Positions 59,979 through 64,000 of a stretch of 64,000 bases of DNA are shown here, piece by piece (within the stretch, counting starts at the first letter, position 1; each line of letters begins with the position of its first letter). Position numbers and translations under genes: made by a program. Source of the stretch: the human T2T-CHM13v2.0 reference genome, Homo sapiens. The notes below the pieces were generated by a model that saw only the letters and a program-made list of their open reading frames with translations, had not been told where the DNA came from and did not search any database. Where the stretch lies: NCBI RefSeq assembly GCF_009914755.1, contig NC_060927.1; one strand, 5' to 3'.

Positions 59979-61636
59979 CGAATGCCTTTTTCCTGAGATC
60001 AAGAACCAGGCAAGGATGTTTCTATTCCTCACTGTTTCTCCTCAACAATTGTAACTGGGGGGTCCTAGCCAGGGCAGTAAGGCAAGAAAAAAACTTTTTA
60101 AAGGCATTCAGATTGGAAAGGAAGATGTAAAACTGTATATTCACAGATGATGTGACCTACAAATTGAAAACTAAGGAATCTACATAAAAGATACCAGTGC
60201 TATTAAGTGAATTAGCACAATCTCAGAATACAAGCTCAATACACAAAAATCAGTAGTACAGTATTTCTATATACTAGCAATGAGCCCCTCCAGTGATGAA
60301 ATTGAAATAAAAAGAATAATTCTATTCACAGTCATATCAAAAAGAATATGAAAAATAGGAATAAATATAATAAAATAATAATACTTGTACAATGAAACTA
60401 AAAAAACAATGCTGAGAGAAATTAAAGAAGACCTAAATAACTGGAAAGATTAGAAGGCTCAGCGTTGTTAAAATGTCAATTATCCCCAAATCGATGTACG
60501 GATTTAACATAATCCCTATCAAAATCCCGGCAGACTTTTGGTGTAGAAATTAGTAAACTAATCCTAAAACTTGTATAGAAAATGAAAAATATCTAGAATA
60601 GCCAAAACACTTTTTTAAAAGAACAAAGTTGAAGGACTAGATTACCTGATTTCAAAATGTACTGTAAACCAATCATCAAGACATTGTAGCACTGGTATAT
60701 ATATACACAGAGATCAGTGTAACACTCCAACTAATTTTCAACCAAAAGAGAAAAGATAGTCTTTTCAAAAATGATGCTAAAATAATTGGATATCCATGTG
60801 CCAAAAAGAACCCCAATCCATATCTTGTGCTAAATATAAAAATAATTAAAAAGGAATCATAGAACTAACTGTAAGGGCTAAAACTACAAAGCTTCTGGAA
60901 TAAAACAAAGGAAAATCTTTGTGACCTTGGGTTGGGCAAGAGTAATTTTTAAAAATTGATACATTGGACTTCCTTCAAAATTAAAAACGATTGCTCTTCA
61001 GAAGACACCATTAAGAAAATGAAAAAACAGACCAGGAGAAAATATTTCCAAAACATTCTGATAAAGAACTCATATCCAGAATATGTAAAGAACTCTAAAT
61101 AACAAAAAGACTAATATCTCAATTTTTTAAATAGAACATGTGAATACACACTAAAAAGGAGGTACAAACAGTAAATAAGTGTATGAAAAGATGTTCTGTA
61201 TTATTAGACATTAGGAAATTGCAAATTAAAACCTCAGTGAGATATACTACACAGCCACTTGAACAACTAAAATCACCAGTTGGCAGTAATGTGGAGAAAC
61301 CAAAACTCTCATACATTGGGCTGGTAAGGATGTAAAACTATACAGCTTCTTTAGAAAAGTTTGGCAGTTTCTTAAAAAGTTAAACATACATTTGGCTTAT
61401 GAATCAATAATCTCACTCCTAGAAATCTACCTAAGAGAAAAGCTCACCCAGTGTTCATAACAGCATTATTCCTAGTAGCTCAAAACTGGAAATAATCCAC
61501 ATGTCCATCAAACTGGTGAACTGATAAAGCAAAATACATCTTTTCATGAGAGACTTTCAAGCAAGGACAAAAATAAATATGTATATATATATATTTTTAA
61601 ATATATGTATTTTTTATAACATTCCACCATATGATG

Positions 61637-61713
61637 GTGAGCTGAGATTGTGCCATTGCACTCCAGCCTGGGGAACAAGAGTGAAACTCCATCTCAAAAA
61701 AAAAAAAAAAAAA
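61637..61713 (+). mobile_element. Alu 3' fragment
   Basis: gtgagctgagattgtgccattgcactccagcc followed by an A tail. Confidence 0.85.
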
Positions 61714-63359
61714 GAAATTTACTAAAATGCACTGAACACTTAAAATTGGTAAAATCTATGGTATGTAAATTAACCTAAATAAAGCTGTTTTTAAAAAAGC
61801 AAGAGCCAAAAAACTTCAGCTTATTAAATTGGCAGCAATTTTTAAAACATAAGTTTTAAGGATAATATTCAATAAATGTTTGCATTACTACTGTATATTA
61901 AGCATTATTGGATACTGGCAAATGCAAGACAGGATGGGAAGACAGACAGATGCAGTTAAAATATAGTGTCTTCACTGCTGTCTCATAGAAGAAACAAATT
62001 GCAGAAACACCTCACTCTAGGCTTACTGCAGGAAGACACGCACTTTCAAACATTGCTGGTAAAAGCATATTGCCCCAGTGTCCCTGGAAAGTAATTTGAC
62101 AATATGTAGCAACAACTTGAATTTATGCCCTTTGACTCCCTGATAGTAATTCTGAGTATCTATTGTAAATAATCAGAAATTTGGATAGAATTGTGTAATC
62201 TAAACAATTGGCACTGGTCACAGGTAATTCTAAAATAAATTCAAAGCAACACAAATGTTCAATATAGAATGGTTAAATAAGTCATGGTATCTGTGTCATA
62301 ACATGCAGCTATTGAAATGTACTTGAAAATTTTTAATTTCATAGAAAAATCCAGATTACAAAATTGTGATATAATCTCAGTACTTAAAATGTGTGTATGT
62401 ATATACACAAGCTAAAAGATAACACCCCAAAATATTAACAGTCATTAACTCTGGGCTGTGGAATTGCAAGTAATTTGGTTTTTTATACTGTTCTATAATT
62501 TATAAAGGTTCATGTAATGAGCGTGTACTGTATTACTTTAACAAATGGGAAAAAATTATTTTTCTCCTTTATCTGTTTAGGTAATACATGTTCATTGCAG
62601 AAGAGTTAGAATATAAACAAAAATCTACACCTAAAATTCACCACCCAAAGACAGGCTGTTTTATCACTTTGGAGTATACCCTTCTATACATTTCTGTGCA
62701 ACTAGATCATGTATTTTACAAAAAATATTACTATTGTTTTATAACCTGCTTTAAAGGAAGAAGAAATAGATAGCAGATCTAAACAAATAGACATGTTCAT
62801 CTGAAAAGAGAAACTAGTGGCATCTAAAGAGAATAAATAATTGGCTCAAGCGAAAGTTTTTTTCAAGTTGTGGTAGCACTGAGAGAACGTGCCAGTGGAA
62901 GGAAGAAAGAGGAGGCAGGGGGTTGCAGACAGAAGCACAGGTGAGGAGGGGTCACAAGAGGAGACGCAGAGACCAGCTGGAGTGAAATTCAACCGTTGTA
63001 TATGAGAGGCTCTTGCTGCTTGCTGGATACCCCACTTCTGTTGTGGGAGATAAGATAAGGCCTACACAGAACACATGTGGGTTATGAGGTCCCAAGGGGC
63101 AAGGAGGCTTACAACAGCCACAGTCTATAGAGCAAGCACTAGAATGTGAACAAAGGAAAGGAAAGGAAAAAGCCCGTTTACAGGAATAACAACTGACCAA
63201 CTCGTGCAAAAGCAAGGCCAGACCTAAATTCCCAAGGCTAAATCAACTAGGGTTTCATCTCAAGAAAGAATCACAGATATGTCAGGGAGAGTCTAATTGT
63301 CAAACAGAAATTGCCAGACTCAGGTATCAGAAAGGGAGGAATGTTAGTACCACAGAAAG

Positions 63360-63535
63360 ACCAGAGGCTTAGGAGCCAGACAGATCTGGTCCACTCACCA
63401 GCTGGGCAGGTTACTTGACTCCTGAGGCTCAGTTTCAGAAGGCATCAGCATCCACTTCCTGAGGTGGTTGTGAGAATCTAAGATATTATATGTAAACACC
63501 TGGCACATGGCTCATGATAAATAGTAGCTATTACT
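63360..63535 (+). mobile_element. MIR
   Basis: ggagccagacagatctgg..gggcaggttacttgactcctgaggctcagtt..ggttgtgaga. Confidence 0.7.
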
Positions 63536-63569
63536 ACTCCATATAGGAGAAATACAATGTAACATCATG

Positions 63570-63862
63570 GGCCCACTGCAGTGGCTCACGCCTGTAATCT
63601 CAACACTTTGGGAGGCCGAGGCAGGCAGATGAGGCCAGGAGTTCGAGACCTGCCTGGCCAACATGGCAAAACCCCATCTCTACTAAAAGTTAGCTGGGCG
63701 TGGTGATGTGTGCCTATAATCCCAGCTACTTGGGAGGCTGGGGCGGGAGGATCATTTGAATGAACCTAGGAAGGAGGTGGAGGTTGCAGTGAGCTGTGAT
63801 CATGCCATTGCACTCCAGCCTGGGCAACAGAGCAAGACTCCGTCTCAAAAAAAAAAAAAAAA
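63570..63862 (+). mobile_element. Alu inserted in a MIR
   Basis: TSD aacatcatg; MIR core continues at about 63885-64000. Confidence 0.9.
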
Positions 63863-64000
63863 TATATATATATATAAAAAACATCATGGTTAAGAGCATG
63901 AAATTTGAAGTTAGACGAACCTAACTTCAAATCCTTGCTTTATCACACAAGCTGTGTAATCTCAGGCATCCAAGCCTCAGCATCCTCTATAAAAATAAGG

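Noticed and set aside
61637-61700. Alu fragment nearly identical to the end of the Alu at 53066-53130
   Set aside because: Short, and explained by the same subfamily plus CpG decay.

Overview
Primate (human-like) genomic DNA from inside the PP2A regulatory B'' subunit gene PPP2R3A (PR72/PR130), on the + strand. Seven consecutive coding exons (6168-34127) splice in frame at canonical AG/GT sites and encode both EF-hands. The remaining ~30 kb is one repeat-filled intron, and the last coding exon is not in the window. Repeats include about 30 Alus, a complete THE1 MaLR element nested in an old Alu, two near full-length sense L1PA elements nested in older L1s, a MADE1 MITE and several MER/Tigger elements. 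Main leads: (1) the two full-length L1s have different 5' UTR types but share private inactivating ORF2 mutations, suggesting ectopic gene conversion; (2) a candidate in-frame alternative exon at 15330 that would remove EF-hand 2; (3) a THE1 5' LTR with intact DUX4 motif, TATA and splice donor; (4) a 402-nt three-exon cassette between inverted Alus that would circularise into a stop-free ORF; (5) ORF0-like antisense ORFs in both L1s. Gene identity and repeat subfamilies come from remembered sequences, and repeat boundaries are approximate. No prokaryotic or wholly new multi-gene system was found.
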